NCBI GenBank assembly: GCA_037128515.1
Contig: JBAXWF010000006.1
Coordinates: 23,574 to 87,573, forward strand
DNA length: 64,000 nucleotides
Direction of reading: 5' to 3'
From: Bacteroidota bacterium
GTDB lineage: Bacteria > Bacteroidota > Bacteroidia > Bacteroidales > CAIWKO01
Position 1 is the first letter of the stretch, and every line of letters starts with the position of its first letter. Under the pieces are notes generated by a model that saw only the letters and a program-made list of their open reading frames with translations, had not been told where the DNA came from and did not search any database. Positions 1 to 8,493 of this stretch are shown piece after piece. The translations under genes were made by a program, and so were the position numbers.

Positions 1-1764
1 AAATTGTAATAGGTAATCATCTTTAATCAACTGATACGAATTGTTGAGATAGCTTATGGCGAAATGCTGCGAAGTGGTATCGAAAATGCTGGTTCCGAAG
101 GCAACATATTTTTGGTTGTAGTGCAAATAATCGAGCACGGATGGCAAGATGTCGGTTTGCTGGGTGATGGTGGTTGGCATACCCTCGAGTGCGGTATTGC
201 CGTGCATATAATATATAATAGGTATGGAATAGATGCCCAGGTTGGTTTCATAATATTGGTTTTGTGCCAAGGAGGAGTGGTCGGCGGTGATGACAAACAG
301 GGTGCTATCGAACCACGACATTTGGGAACAGGTTTGAAAAAATCGCCGCAGCGCATAGTCGGTGTAACCTATGCTTTCATGAATTTCGAGGGTGCCTTTA
401 TTGAATTTGTTTTTGTACTTTGCCGGTATAGTGTATGGATGATGCGACGATAAGGTGAATAGGGTGGCAAAAAATGGTTGTTTTGTTTTATTCATTTTGT
501 TGGCGGTGTATTGCAAAAATTGTTCGTCGTAGATGCCCCATTCGCCATCGTAATCGGCATCGTTGTTGTATTCGTTTTTGCCGTAATAGTTATCGAAACC
601 GGCCAATCGGGCATAGGCATCAAAATTCATGGTGCCATTTTTTCCGCCATGATAAAATGCCGAAGTGTAGCCTTGTGGTTTCAACAATGTTGGAAACGAA
701 TTGATTTTGTTGCCCGAAAACACCGAAGTGATGTAGGCATCGTTCATGAGCGAAGGCAAACCGGAAACCACAGCGGGAATTCCTTCTATTGACCGTTTGC
801 CGTTGGCAAAGGCGGCATGCATCGCCAAGCTTTTGCCGATTAATGAATCGAGAAAGGGGGTGTAGCCTTTGTAGTTCCCATTATCCAAATCGGGGTTGAG
901 TGCGCCTATGTATTCTTTGGAAAGGCTTTCGACAATAATAACCACCACATTGAGTTTGCGGAATGATTGACCGGCGAGGATTTTGTTTTGAATAATCGGG
1001 TTGAATATTTTTCGGGCTTCGGCTTCAGCAAAATAGTTGCGGTTGGTGATGCTTTGCATTTGGATGGTGCTGAATATAGAAAAGGGTGTGTTTACAATAA
1101 GTGGCAGGTTTTGCGGCTGGGTGTATTGGCCGGCATTGATTAGACTCAGGGGCCGGAGCTGAAATCCGCCACGAGCGATAATGATGCTGGATGCGCCTAG
1201 GAGCACAAACCAAAGTGTGTTGAGCAAAAACTGTTTGAGGGTGGTGATTTTTACGAATTGTATGTGCCGTGTTTTCCTGTAAAGAAATATGAGGGCAGCG
1301 ATGAGAAACAGGGCGATGAGCACCACATACCAATAGGAGAAAAGGTAGTGCCAAAACATGGTGGACAGGTCGTCGCCGATGATGGAACCTTTAACAACAT
1401 CGAAGGTGGTGCGGCGAAAAATGAAGCGGAAAAATACCAAATCGACACAGTTGAGCATGATGCCTGCGGCATTGGTGATATAAAAAATGATTTCGGTAAA
1501 CAAGCGATAGTATTTGTTGGAGCGAAAATTAAAGGGGAGGATGCACAAAAAAATAAACAGCAGGTTGATGAACATGATGGCTGATGCATCGAAACGGATG
1601 CCGAAAAACAAAATTTTGGCCAACTCTCCTGCGCTTAGGTTTTGAAAATAGGCTTGGTTGAGCACATAAAACAGCAAGCGCAACACGGTGTAGATACCTA
1701 AAACTATGCCAAGGCGCAAAAGTAGGGCGATGTATATGTTGTGGGTGAATTGTGGTTTTTTCAT
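1..1764 (-). CDS. LTA synthase/sulfatase family membrane protein (3' end runs off the window)
   Basis: Read by hand; absent from the ORF track because no stop falls in the window. ATG at 1764 (MKKPQFTHNIYIALLLRL), N-terminal TM helices, then NVVVIIVESLS, GYTPFLDSL, FANGKRSIEG, FTLSSHHPY and ITADH motifs of the LtaS/sulfatase family. Frame spot-checked at the start, near 840 and at position 1. Confidence 0.85.
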   Translation of the reverse strand, partial: MKKPQFTHNIYIALLLRLGIVLGIYTVLRLLFYVLNQAYFQNLSAGELAKILFFGIRFDASAIMFINLLFIFLCILPFNFRSNKYYRLFTEIIFYITNAAGIMLNCVDLVFFRFIFRRTTFDVVKGSIIGDDLSTMFWHYLFSYWYVVLIALFLIAALIFLYRKTRHIQFVKITTLKQFLLNTLWFVLLGASSIIIARGGFQLRPLSLINAGQYTQPQNLPLIVNTPFSIFSTIQMQSITNRNYFAEAEARKIFNPIIQNKILAGQSFRKLNVVVIIVESLSKEYIGALNPDLDNGNYKGYTPFLDSLIGKSLAMHAAFANGKRSIEGIPAVVSGLPSLMNDAYITSVFSGNKINSFPTLLKPQGYTSAFYHGGKNGTMNFDAYARLAGFDNYYGKNEYNNDADYDGEWGIYDEQFLQYTANKMNKTKQPFFATLFTLSSHHPYTIPAKYKNKFNKGTLEIHESIGYTDYALRRFFQTCSQMSWFDSTLFVITADHSSLAQNQYYETNLGIYSIPIIYYMHGNTALEGMPTTITQQTDILPSVLDYLHYNQKYVAFGTSIFDTTSQHFAISYLNNSYQLIKDDYLLQF

Positions 1765-1824
1765 AACTAAGGCAAAATTAATTTTAGTTGGGGTGCTTAG
1801 CTAAAAAAATGTTGGGGGGGGGTG

Positions 1825-2145
1825 CTAAAATATAAACACTTTTACTTTTCGTTTCACCTCCACGGCGGCGTTGCCGGCTTTGTCTTTCACGTTGTAGGTA
1901 ACATAATAGGTGGCTTCGGTGTTCACATCAACTGGGTTGCTAACTTGGATGTTGGCGGTGATATCGCCATCGGTTTCGTCGAGGGCGGTGGCACCGGCAT
2001 CAACATAGGCGGTTCCTTTGTTTACAGACACGTCGGCACTTCCCACCAAGGTGATGACGGGGAGGGTGGTGTCGGCATTTTTTTTACACGAAAAGAACAT
2101 GAAGGGAACGAAGAGCAGGAGCAGGAGCAGGAGTGGTTTTTTCAT
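1825..2145 (-). CDS. DUF5011 (Ig-like) domain lipoprotein, short form
   Basis: Lipobox FFSC-KK; DTTLPVITLVG...YVDAGATALDETDGDIT...YYVTYNVKDKAGN..VKRKV pattern. Confidence 0.85.
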   Translation of the reverse strand: MKKPLLLLLLLFVPFMFFSCKKNADTTLPVITLVGSADVSVNKGTAYVDAGATALDETDGDITANIQVSNPVDVNTEATYYVTYNVKDKAGNAAVEVKRKVKVFIF

Positions 2146-2238
2146 GGCGAAGTGGTTTTTTTTTAACGTAAGTGTTTTGAAATGAGAAATGAGATTTTGG
2201 ATGACCCAGGCTTGGGTTTTGGGTTTTCTGATTTCATT

Positions 2239-2886
2239 TTAATATTTTTTCTTATAAATGGTTTTTCCGTTGGCGGTGGTTCCCGAAATGGAATCGGTGT
2301 AGTTTATTTCCAGAATCAGGGTGTCGGCCAGGGTGCTTATTAATCCGCTGCCCCAAACCCCGTGGGTTGCCAGCGGACTGCCGCCATGGGTTAACTGATG
2401 GGGCACAAGAATGGTGTCGTGGCGAATATCGGCAAACACGGACGCATTGCTTGTGGTGCCTATGCCCACCAGCCAAATGCGGTTGTTGAGCACGGTGGAT
2501 GTGGTGATGGCTGAGGTATAGTGGATGGTGTCGGGGGTTAAAATATTTGTTGCCCGATAGGTGCCGCTGTAAATTTGGGCGCTGTTGCGCACCTCCACCA
2601 CTCGGGTGGCGTTGCCTTGGTTGCCGGCGGCATCGTAGGCGGTGTAGGTTATGTAATATGTGCCGGCAAAATTGGTGTTTACTTCGCCTTGTGCTGAAAC
2701 GCTGATGTCGCCATCTTTTGGGTCGGTGGCGGTGGCGCCGGCATCGGTGTAGGGGGTGTTGAGCACCACTATCACCAGGGCTTCGCCTTTCAGGGTAATC
2801 AGCGGTAGGCTGTCGTCTTTTTTCTTACAGGATAAAAATAGTAGAAAACTTAATAGAAATACGACCGCTGCTGTTTTGAATTTCAT
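2239..2886 (-). CDS. DUF5011 domain lipoprotein
   Basis: Lipobox FLSC-KKK; PLITLKG..YTDAGATATDPKDGD..YTAYDAAGN..TRVV; extra C-terminal beta domain. Confidence 0.85.
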   Translation of the reverse strand: MKFKTAAVVFLLSFLLFLSCKKKDDSLPLITLKGEALVIVVLNTPYTDAGATATDPKDGDISVSAQGEVNTNFAGTYYITYTAYDAAGNQGNATRVVEVRNSAQIYSGTYRATNILTPDTIHYTSAITTSTVLNNRIWLVGIGTTSNASVFADIRHDTILVPHQLTHGGSPLATHGVWGSGLISTLADTLILEINYTDSISGTTANGKTIYKKKY

Positions 2887-2915
2887 GTGGTTTGTGGGGC
2901 TAATTCGTTTGGGGG

Positions 2916-3560
2916 TTAATTTCTAACATAGTTTCCGTGTCCGGAATACACCAGGGTGGAGTCGGCAATGGTGTAGTTGATGGTGAAAACCGAATCGTTG
3001 GCAAAGGTGCCCGAGCCCGAAAATGTGCGGGTGTGGGTGGGTAGGCCGCAGGCCATGGTTTGTTGGGGTATGGTGATGGTGGTGCCGGCCACGGTGGCCG
3101 TTACTTTGGCATTTTGGTAGGTGGCAAAATGTTTAAAGGTAAGGGTGTTGTTGGTGGTGGTTATGGCTAGGGTGTCGATGTAGGTGGCATCAAAGGTGGT
3201 GATGATATAATTATTCACCGTGAAATGGCCGTTTAAATAGGGTGCGGCATCCACCACCACGGTGCGGGTGGCGGTGCCTTGGTTGCTGGCGGCGTCGGTG
3301 GCGGTGTAGGTTAGGGTGTAGTTTCCGGCGGCAAACATGTTTACGGTGCCTGTAATGGTGTCGATGCTCAGGGTGCCATCCATATCGTCGACCACGGTGG
3401 CACCGGGGTCAACATAGTTGGCACTGCTGCCCCACACCACCACATCGGGGTTGTTTCCCTTTAGGGTGATGACGGGGGCGGTGGTGTCGTTTTTTTTGCA
3501 GGAAGTTATTGTAATGATGATGGTGGCGAGGCTTAATAGTAAATAGGTGGTTTTTTTCAT
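2916..3560 (-). CDS. DUF5011 domain lipoprotein
   Basis: ITSC-KK lipobox; DTTAPVITLKG..YVDPGATVVDDMDG..YTATDAASN..TRTV. Confidence 0.85.
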   Translation of the reverse strand: MKKTTYLLLSLATIIITITSCKKNDTTAPVITLKGNNPDVVVWGSSANYVDPGATVVDDMDGTLSIDTITGTVNMFAAGNYTLTYTATDAASNQGTATRTVVVDAAPYLNGHFTVNNYIITTFDATYIDTLAITTTNNTLTFKHFATYQNAKVTATVAGTTITIPQQTMACGLPTHTRTFSGSGTFANDSVFTINYTIADSTLVYSGHGNYVRN

Positions 3561-3660
3561 GGCTGGGTTTGGTTTTTCAAATAGGTATCAAATGTACGAA
3601 TTTTTTATACAATTAACCCGAAATTTGGCGATTTATTGTTTTTTCGCGGCAAGCGCCAAA

Positions 3661-3696
3661 AAAAAATCCCGACTGATTGCGCAATCGGGATTTTTT
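3661..3696 (-). terminator. Intrinsic terminator hairpin downstream of the 3727..4398 gene
   Basis: AAAAAATCCCGA-loop-TCGGGATTTTTT inverted repeat. Confidence 0.7.
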
Positions 3697-3726
3697 CAAT
3701 GGGGGGGGTGTTTCTTCAAAAGAAAA

Positions 3727-4398
3727 CTATTCGCCTTTGGTGAACACGCACACGCCGGTGTTGGTAACAATGCCGGTTACGCGGGTGTAGTTGACAAACA
3801 ATTTTTGTGTGGGCGATGCCACCACGGGGCCGTTGCCCACATACATAAAATCTTTGGCGGGACTGCCCAGCCAAAAGTTTTGTTCCACCATGTTGTTGGC
3901 GGTGTGGTTCCAGTTCAGGTCAACATAGGTTTGGCAGCCGTCTTGCGCGGCAAATTTGTCCACCATCAGGCGGTTGTTTATGGTGTGCGATGCGGTGAGG
4001 GTGGCCGTAAACTCGTGATGCCAAGCACCAATAATGCCGTCGTCGGTGGCCGAGTAGGTGCCTTCAAAATCTTGGGCATCGTTGCGCACAATCACGGTTC
4101 GGGTGGCCGTGGCCAGGTTGCCATCCACATCAAAAGCCGAATAGGTGAACACATAAGTGCCAACCAAATCTTTGTTAAAAGCGGGTTCGCTGCTCACTTT
4201 CACTTTCACATAGTCGCCCTCGCTGTTTTCGGCCAATGCGCCTTGGTCATAAAAACCTGCGTTCAACGAAATGGTGATATTTTCCAAACCTTTCAGAGTG
4301 AGTGTGGGGGGTGTGGTGTTGGTTTTTTTGCACGAGGTAAATGCAAAAACACCTGCAAACAGGGCAATTGAAACAAAAACAAGCACATTTTTTTTCAT
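3727..4398 (-). CDS. DUF5011 domain lipoprotein
   Basis: Start moved to the ATG at 4398 (MKKNVLV...FTSC-KK); PTLTLKG..FYDQGA..YSAFDVDGN..TRTV. Confidence 0.85.
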   Translation of the reverse strand: MKKNVLVFVSIALFAGVFAFTSCKKTNTTPPTLTLKGLENITISLNAGFYDQGALAENSEGDYVKVKVSSEPAFNKDLVGTYVFTYSAFDVDGNLATATRTVIVRNDAQDFEGTYSATDDGIIGAWHHEFTATLTASHTINNRLMVDKFAAQDGCQTYVDLNWNHTANNMVEQNFWLGSPAKDFMYVGNGPVVASPTQKLFVNYTRVTGIVTNTGVCVFTKGE

Positions 4399-4589
4399 AT
4401 TTTTACGAATTTTGGTGAATACAATTTTACAAAACGAAGCGCAACAGAAAATACACTGCACAAATATAATAACATTTCGGCAACATAAAATAAAAATAGG
4501 CAAAAAAACCTTTTTTTATCCAATTTTTTTTTCACATCCCTTGCTCAAGCAAAAAATAGTTTTTCCCTTAGCGGGAAATGTGGCAGGCC

Positions 4590-4785
4590 ACCGGAGATAT
4601 CTCCGGTCATTAAAATTAAATAATTTGTGCCATCGGAGATATCTCCGGTCGTTAAAATTAAATAATTTGTGCCATCGGAGATATCTCCGGTCGTTAAAAT
4701 TAAATAATTTGCGCTATCGGAGATATCTCCGGTCGTTAAAATTAAATAATTTGCGCTATCGGAGATATCTCCGGTGGTTAAAACC
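4590..4785. repeat. 42-bp tandem repeat array (about 4.6 units) carrying five CGGAGATATCTCCG palindromes
   Basis: Unit CGGAGATATCTCCGGTCGTTAAAATTAAATAATTTG(T/C)GC(C/T)AT; palindromes start at 4592, 4634, 4676, 4718 and 4760. Confidence 0.95.
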
Positions 4786-4947
4786 AGCTTTTTTTCAGAA
4801 ACCAAACTCTTGTAACCACCTACTAGTAAGTTATTTTAATCAACCCAATTCGTATTTCAATTTTTTTTAAAAAAAATTTAAAAAACCACCCAGTTATTTA
4901 TCCCGAAGTTTCGTTATTAGATTAGTAACCCAAAAAATACACATCCT

Positions 4948-5940
4948 ATGAAAAACCTGAATTCAATTTTCGGCAACCTTGTTGGCTCTGGCGACCCATC
5001 CAGCGACCTTCATTTTAAAAATTTTAGCTAAGACCACCTGGTGCACATCGCCCATTACAACACCAGCGGGCAATACGACACCATGCTCACCGAAACCGAA
5101 ACCGCCCATAACGCCTATTATGGCGAAATTAACAACGAAGACGTAACCCTTGCCCTACGCAAAAGCCATACACTTTCGGTGGATATCACCATTACCAACC
5201 TAAAATTAGATATCCGCAAAGATGAAAGCACCATAAAAAGTAAATTTTTTAGCGACACCCCTACCTACCTCGAAGTGTTTCCACGTGGCCTCAACGAATA
5301 CAACATTGCCAACAAAACCAACATCGAAATCCTGCTAAATCGGCTAAAACATTTTGGAACTACCCACGCCCTATCCTTCGATTCGGCATTTGTAACCAAA
5401 CTCACAGGCTATCTAACCAACTATTTAGCCGCCCGAGGACCCCAATTAGCCACCAAGCAAGATACAAAAGATCTTATACTCACCACAGCCCAAATTCGCA
5501 CCGCATTGGAACACCAAATCACCAAAAACATACTCACCTTAGCACTCGCCAACATCACCACCCCCGAAGTGGCACAGGCATTTTTCAATCAAAAACTCCT
5601 CCACCCCACCCACCATCATCCGCAAGGCGACCAAAACACAGGCGAATATATTTTGCCAGTGCTTGCAAACCAAACCGCCTTAGCCGATTTTACCCTGCAA
5701 AACCAGCCCGACTATTATTTGTTGCTTGCCAACACCGGCGCCACCGTTTTGCAAGCCTACACCTGCGACCACATCACCGGTTTGCCCATACCACTCAGCA
5801 TGATTGAACTGCTACCCGGCACCGAAAAAGTATTTTCCTATGCCGAATTGGGCGCACGTTCCTATTTGTTTTTTATCAACCCCAGCCCCGACACCGATGG
5901 CGAAATATCCATCACCCAACTGGATACCCCCACAGTATAA
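4948..5940 (+). pseudogene. Uncharacterised, mostly helical protein interrupted by an in-frame TAA at 5029-5031
   Basis: ATG at 4948 after an A-rich leader gives MKNLNSIFGNLVGSGDPSSDLHFKNFS*DHLVHIAHYN, in frame with the track ORF 5041..5940. Confidence 0.65.
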
Positions 5941-5963
5941 TATATAATAAGGTATAAAAAAAT

Positions 5964-6004
5964 AAAAAAGGAGGCTGCACACCCAGTGTGCAGCCTCCTT
6001 TTTT
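5964..6004. terminator. Bidirectional intrinsic terminator between convergent genes
   Basis: AAAAAAGGAGGCTGCACAC-CCA-GTGTGCAGCCTCCTTTTTT perfect stem. Confidence 0.85.
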
Positions 6005-6040
6005 ATTGCAATCAAATATTGAATGAACTAAAACGCTTGC

Positions 6041-6703
6041 TTATTGTTTGGTGTAAACATCCACACCCGTGTAAGTAGCATCCGAAACCTCGGTCAAATT
6101 CACATTAATCACCATAGGGCTGGTGGTAACAGCACCGCTACCAGTAAAAGTACGAACCATTGCCGGCGTACCACAAGTAAACGATTGTTGCGGCAAATTG
6201 CACGAAGTGTGAGCCGAATTCAGTTCAATGTAAGGAGAAGCACCCGTGTAATAAGCAAAACGGCTAAAAATTAAACGATTGTTTGTCGTTGACGAAGCCG
6301 TAATAGTTTCGGTCCAAGCATAATGCCAAGTTCCGCTAATACCATCATCCGTAGCATTGTAAGTACCTGCAAAAGCCGATGCATCGTTTTTCACCGTAAC
6401 AGTTCTTTTGGCTGTACCCGTGTTGCCATCAGCATCGGTAGCCGAATAGGTGTACACATAGTCGCCAGCCAAATCCTTATTAAAAGCAGGCGAAATGCTA
6501 ACCGTCACCGTCAATACCTTATCTTTAGCATCCACTGCCGTAGCACCCGGATCGGTAAAACTGGCATTCAAAGGAGAAGTCACCGCTTCATCACCAACCA
6601 AAGTAACTGTAGGTTTCGTAGTGTTCGTTTTTGTACAACTCGAAATTGTAATCATGCCAGCGATTAAAACAACCGAAGCAAATACTAGAGAAATTTTTTT
6701 CAT
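6041..6703 (-). CDS. DUF5011 domain lipoprotein
   Basis: ISSC lipobox; PTVTLVGD..FTDPGATAVD..YSATDADGNTGTAKRTV; closely similar to 3727..4398 (PAFNKDL, YxATDDGI, NNRL). Confidence 0.85.
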   Translation of the reverse strand: MKKISLVFASVVLIAGMITISSCTKTNTTKPTVTLVGDEAVTSPLNASFTDPGATAVDAKDKVLTVTVSISPAFNKDLAGDYVYTYSATDADGNTGTAKRTVTVKNDASAFAGTYNATDDGISGTWHYAWTETITASSTTNNRLIFSRFAYYTGASPYIELNSAHTSCNLPQQSFTCGTPAMVRTFTGSGAVTTSPMVINVNLTEVSDATYTGVDVYTKQ

Positions 6704-6813
6704 GTTTTTTTTTTTAAATTATTAATTAGTTTTATTATAAGCTGATTTCAGTATGAAACTGCGCACAAAAGTACACAAAAAAATGATTTTTTTTTATTTT
6801 TTTCAATAAAAAT

Positions 6814-6843
6814 TTTGAAATATAAAAAATTAGATTAATTTTG
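6814..6843 (+). promoter_or_regulatory. Putative Bacteroidetes housekeeping promoter (-33 TTTG, -7 TAATTTTG)
   Basis: TTTG at 6814-6817 and TAATTTTG at 6836-6843, upstream of the ATG at 6876. Confidence 0.5.
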
Positions 6844-6875
6844 CAATCCAAAATCATATAAAAAAAGTTAAAACA

Positions 6876-7145
6876 ATGAAAAAAGTATTTACATTAATGG
6901 TAGCCGTTAGCATGTTATCACTCATCGCTTGCGGTCCTAGCAAAGAAGAACTTGCAGCAAAAGAAAAAGCAAAACAAGATTCAATTGCAAAAGCTCAGAA
7001 AGAATTAGCAGTACAAGATTCTTTAACCGCAGTAGCTAAAGCAAAAGAAGATTCAATTGCAAAAGCAACTGCAAAAGAAGATTCAATTAAAGCTGCAGCA
7101 GAAGCAAAAAAAGCCCCTAAAGGTGGCAAAAAAGTTAAAAAATAA
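6876..7145 (+). CDS. Small Ala/Lys-rich lipoprotein with DSI repeats
   Basis: LIAC lipobox; four (Q/E)DS(I/L) units; strongly biased codon use. Confidence 0.85.
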   Translation: MKKVFTLMVAVSMLSLIACGPSKEELAAKEKAKQDSIAKAQKELAVQDSLTAVAKAKEDSIAKATAKEDSIKAAAEAKKAPKGGKKVKK

Positions 7146-7162
7146 TTGATTTTTGAACTTAT

Positions 7163-7191
7163 AAAAAAGGCAGATTTATCTGCCTTTTTTT
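7163..7191 (+). terminator. Intrinsic terminator
   Basis: AAAAAAGGCAGAT-TT-ATCTGCCTTTTTT. Confidence 0.8.
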
Positions 7192-7336
7192 ATTTCTAGT
7201 AATCACTGTCAACACCATCTTTATCATTTCTAATAAAAAAGTTCATTACTTTGTTGAAAAAAAAACACTTTTTTTCTTGCATAAACTTTTTTTTTAGTAT
7301 TTTTGCCTAATATTAATAACCAAAACTTTGAAAAAA

Positions 7337-7636
7337 ATGAAAAAATTATTTAGTTTGTTAGTAATCGCTGGTGTTTTAGCACTTGCAGCTTGCGGCCCAA
7401 CCAAAGAAGAAATCGCAGCAAAAGAAAAAGCAAAACAAGATTCAATTGCAAAAGTTGAACAAGCAAAACAAGATTCAATTGCAGCAGTAGCAAAAGCAAA
7501 AGAAGATTCAATTGCAGCAGTAAAAGCAAAAGCAAAAGAAGATTCAATTGCAGCAGCAGGCAAAAAAACTACTAAACCAGTAAAACCTACAACAGGTGGA
7601 AAAACAACCAAAAATGCTCCTAAAGGAAAAGGTTGA
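7337..7636 (+). CDS. Small Ala/Lys-rich lipoprotein, paralog of 6876..7145
   Basis: LAAC lipobox; GPTKEEIAAKEKAKQDSIA nearly identical to the neighbour; four AK(Q/E)DSIA units. Confidence 0.85.
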   Translation: MKKLFSLLVIAGVLALAACGPTKEEIAAKEKAKQDSIAKVEQAKQDSIAAVAKAKEDSIAAVKAKAKEDSIAAAGKKTTKPVKPTTGGKTTKNAPKGKG

Positions 7637-7651
7637 TTTTAACTAATTATT

Positions 7652-7685
7652 AAAAAAAAGGGCTGAAAATTTCAGCCCTTTTTTT
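7652..7685. terminator. Bidirectional intrinsic terminator
   Basis: AAAAAAAGGGCTGAAA-AT-TTCAGCCCTTTTTTT between convergent genes. Confidence 0.8.
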
Positions 7686-8376
7686 ATTTCCCACAAATTT
7701 CTCTGCACAAAGTTAAAATAGAATACAACTCAACCGAAGCCGCATCGGGATACACCAAGTGGTTTTCGTCGTTGCACCCGCTTTTCTCCACCACAAACAA
7801 GCTATACAACTGCGAACTCAAATCAGGCGAACCCACAATTTTCCCCTCCAAAACCAAACGTTCAGCATAATAATTCGCAATCCGTTTTTTATCATCCTCG
7901 GTAATGGGCGTATACACCGTATTCCCCTTCGAGCTCAATTTCAAATCCTTCAAACCAGTAATTTTATATTTACCGGGCAAAAGCCTAATCTTGTTATACA
8001 CCTCCATATTTGCCAACGAAACCTCCTGAACTTTCAAAAAATCCCACTTCTTTTCGTAACGAATCACAATTTTTGCAACCGTTTTTCGTCCGTTAGCCTG
8101 AATCCGCTTAAACCTATCCTCCTTTTTCTCAAGCGGAACATTCAATGTATTTTCCATTAGTTGCCAAATCGAATCCGTTCGCTGAAAAATAAAAAACCCG
8201 TTTTCATCCTTAAATTTCCACCCAACAGGCAAATGGTCAATCACAATATTAATAATAGCATCCGAAATATAGCCCTTTTTCAGAATATCTTCCTCAGTGT
8301 TTTGTGCATCAATCTTAGAAATAAAAGCAAATAAACACATGGCAACAAGTAACAATTTCAACGTTCGCGTTTTCAT
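7684..8376 (-). CDS. Hypothetical exported protein
   Basis: 230-aa ORF with a signal peptide (IDA-Q); no family recognised. Confidence 0.7.
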   Translation of the reverse strand: MKTRTLKLLLVAMCLFAFISKIDAQNTEEDILKKGYISDAIINIVIDHLPVGWKFKDENGFFIFQRTDSIWQLMENTLNVPLEKKEDRFKRIQANGRKTVAKIVIRYEKKWDFLKVQEVSLANMEVYNKIRLLPGKYKITGLKDLKLSSKGNTVYTPITEDDKKRIANYYAERLVLEGKIVGSPDLSSQLYSLFVVEKSGCNDENHLVYPDAASVELYSILTLCREICGK

Positions 8377-8493
8377 AACAAAATAGTTTTACAGCTTAAA
8401 ATTCAAAAAGCATACCACAAAATTAATTTAATAAAACACGCAACCAACTCATGAATGATTATTAAATTTGTGACAAAATAAAACAATTAAATA

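Noticed and set aside
54-1589. Several short track ORFs in the first 1.6 kb
   Set aside because: They are shadow or alternative frames of the long minus-strand LTA-synthase-family gene.
4590-4785. CRISPR array interpretation of the palindromic repeats
   Set aside because: The intervening sequences are nearly identical rather than unique spacers, and no cas genes are in the window.
4271-4870. ORFs 4271..4870 (+) and 4545..4805 (-) with 14-aa repeats
   Set aside because: They are open frames produced by a stop-free 42-bp unit, with no convincing start or protein-like flanks; not called as CDS.
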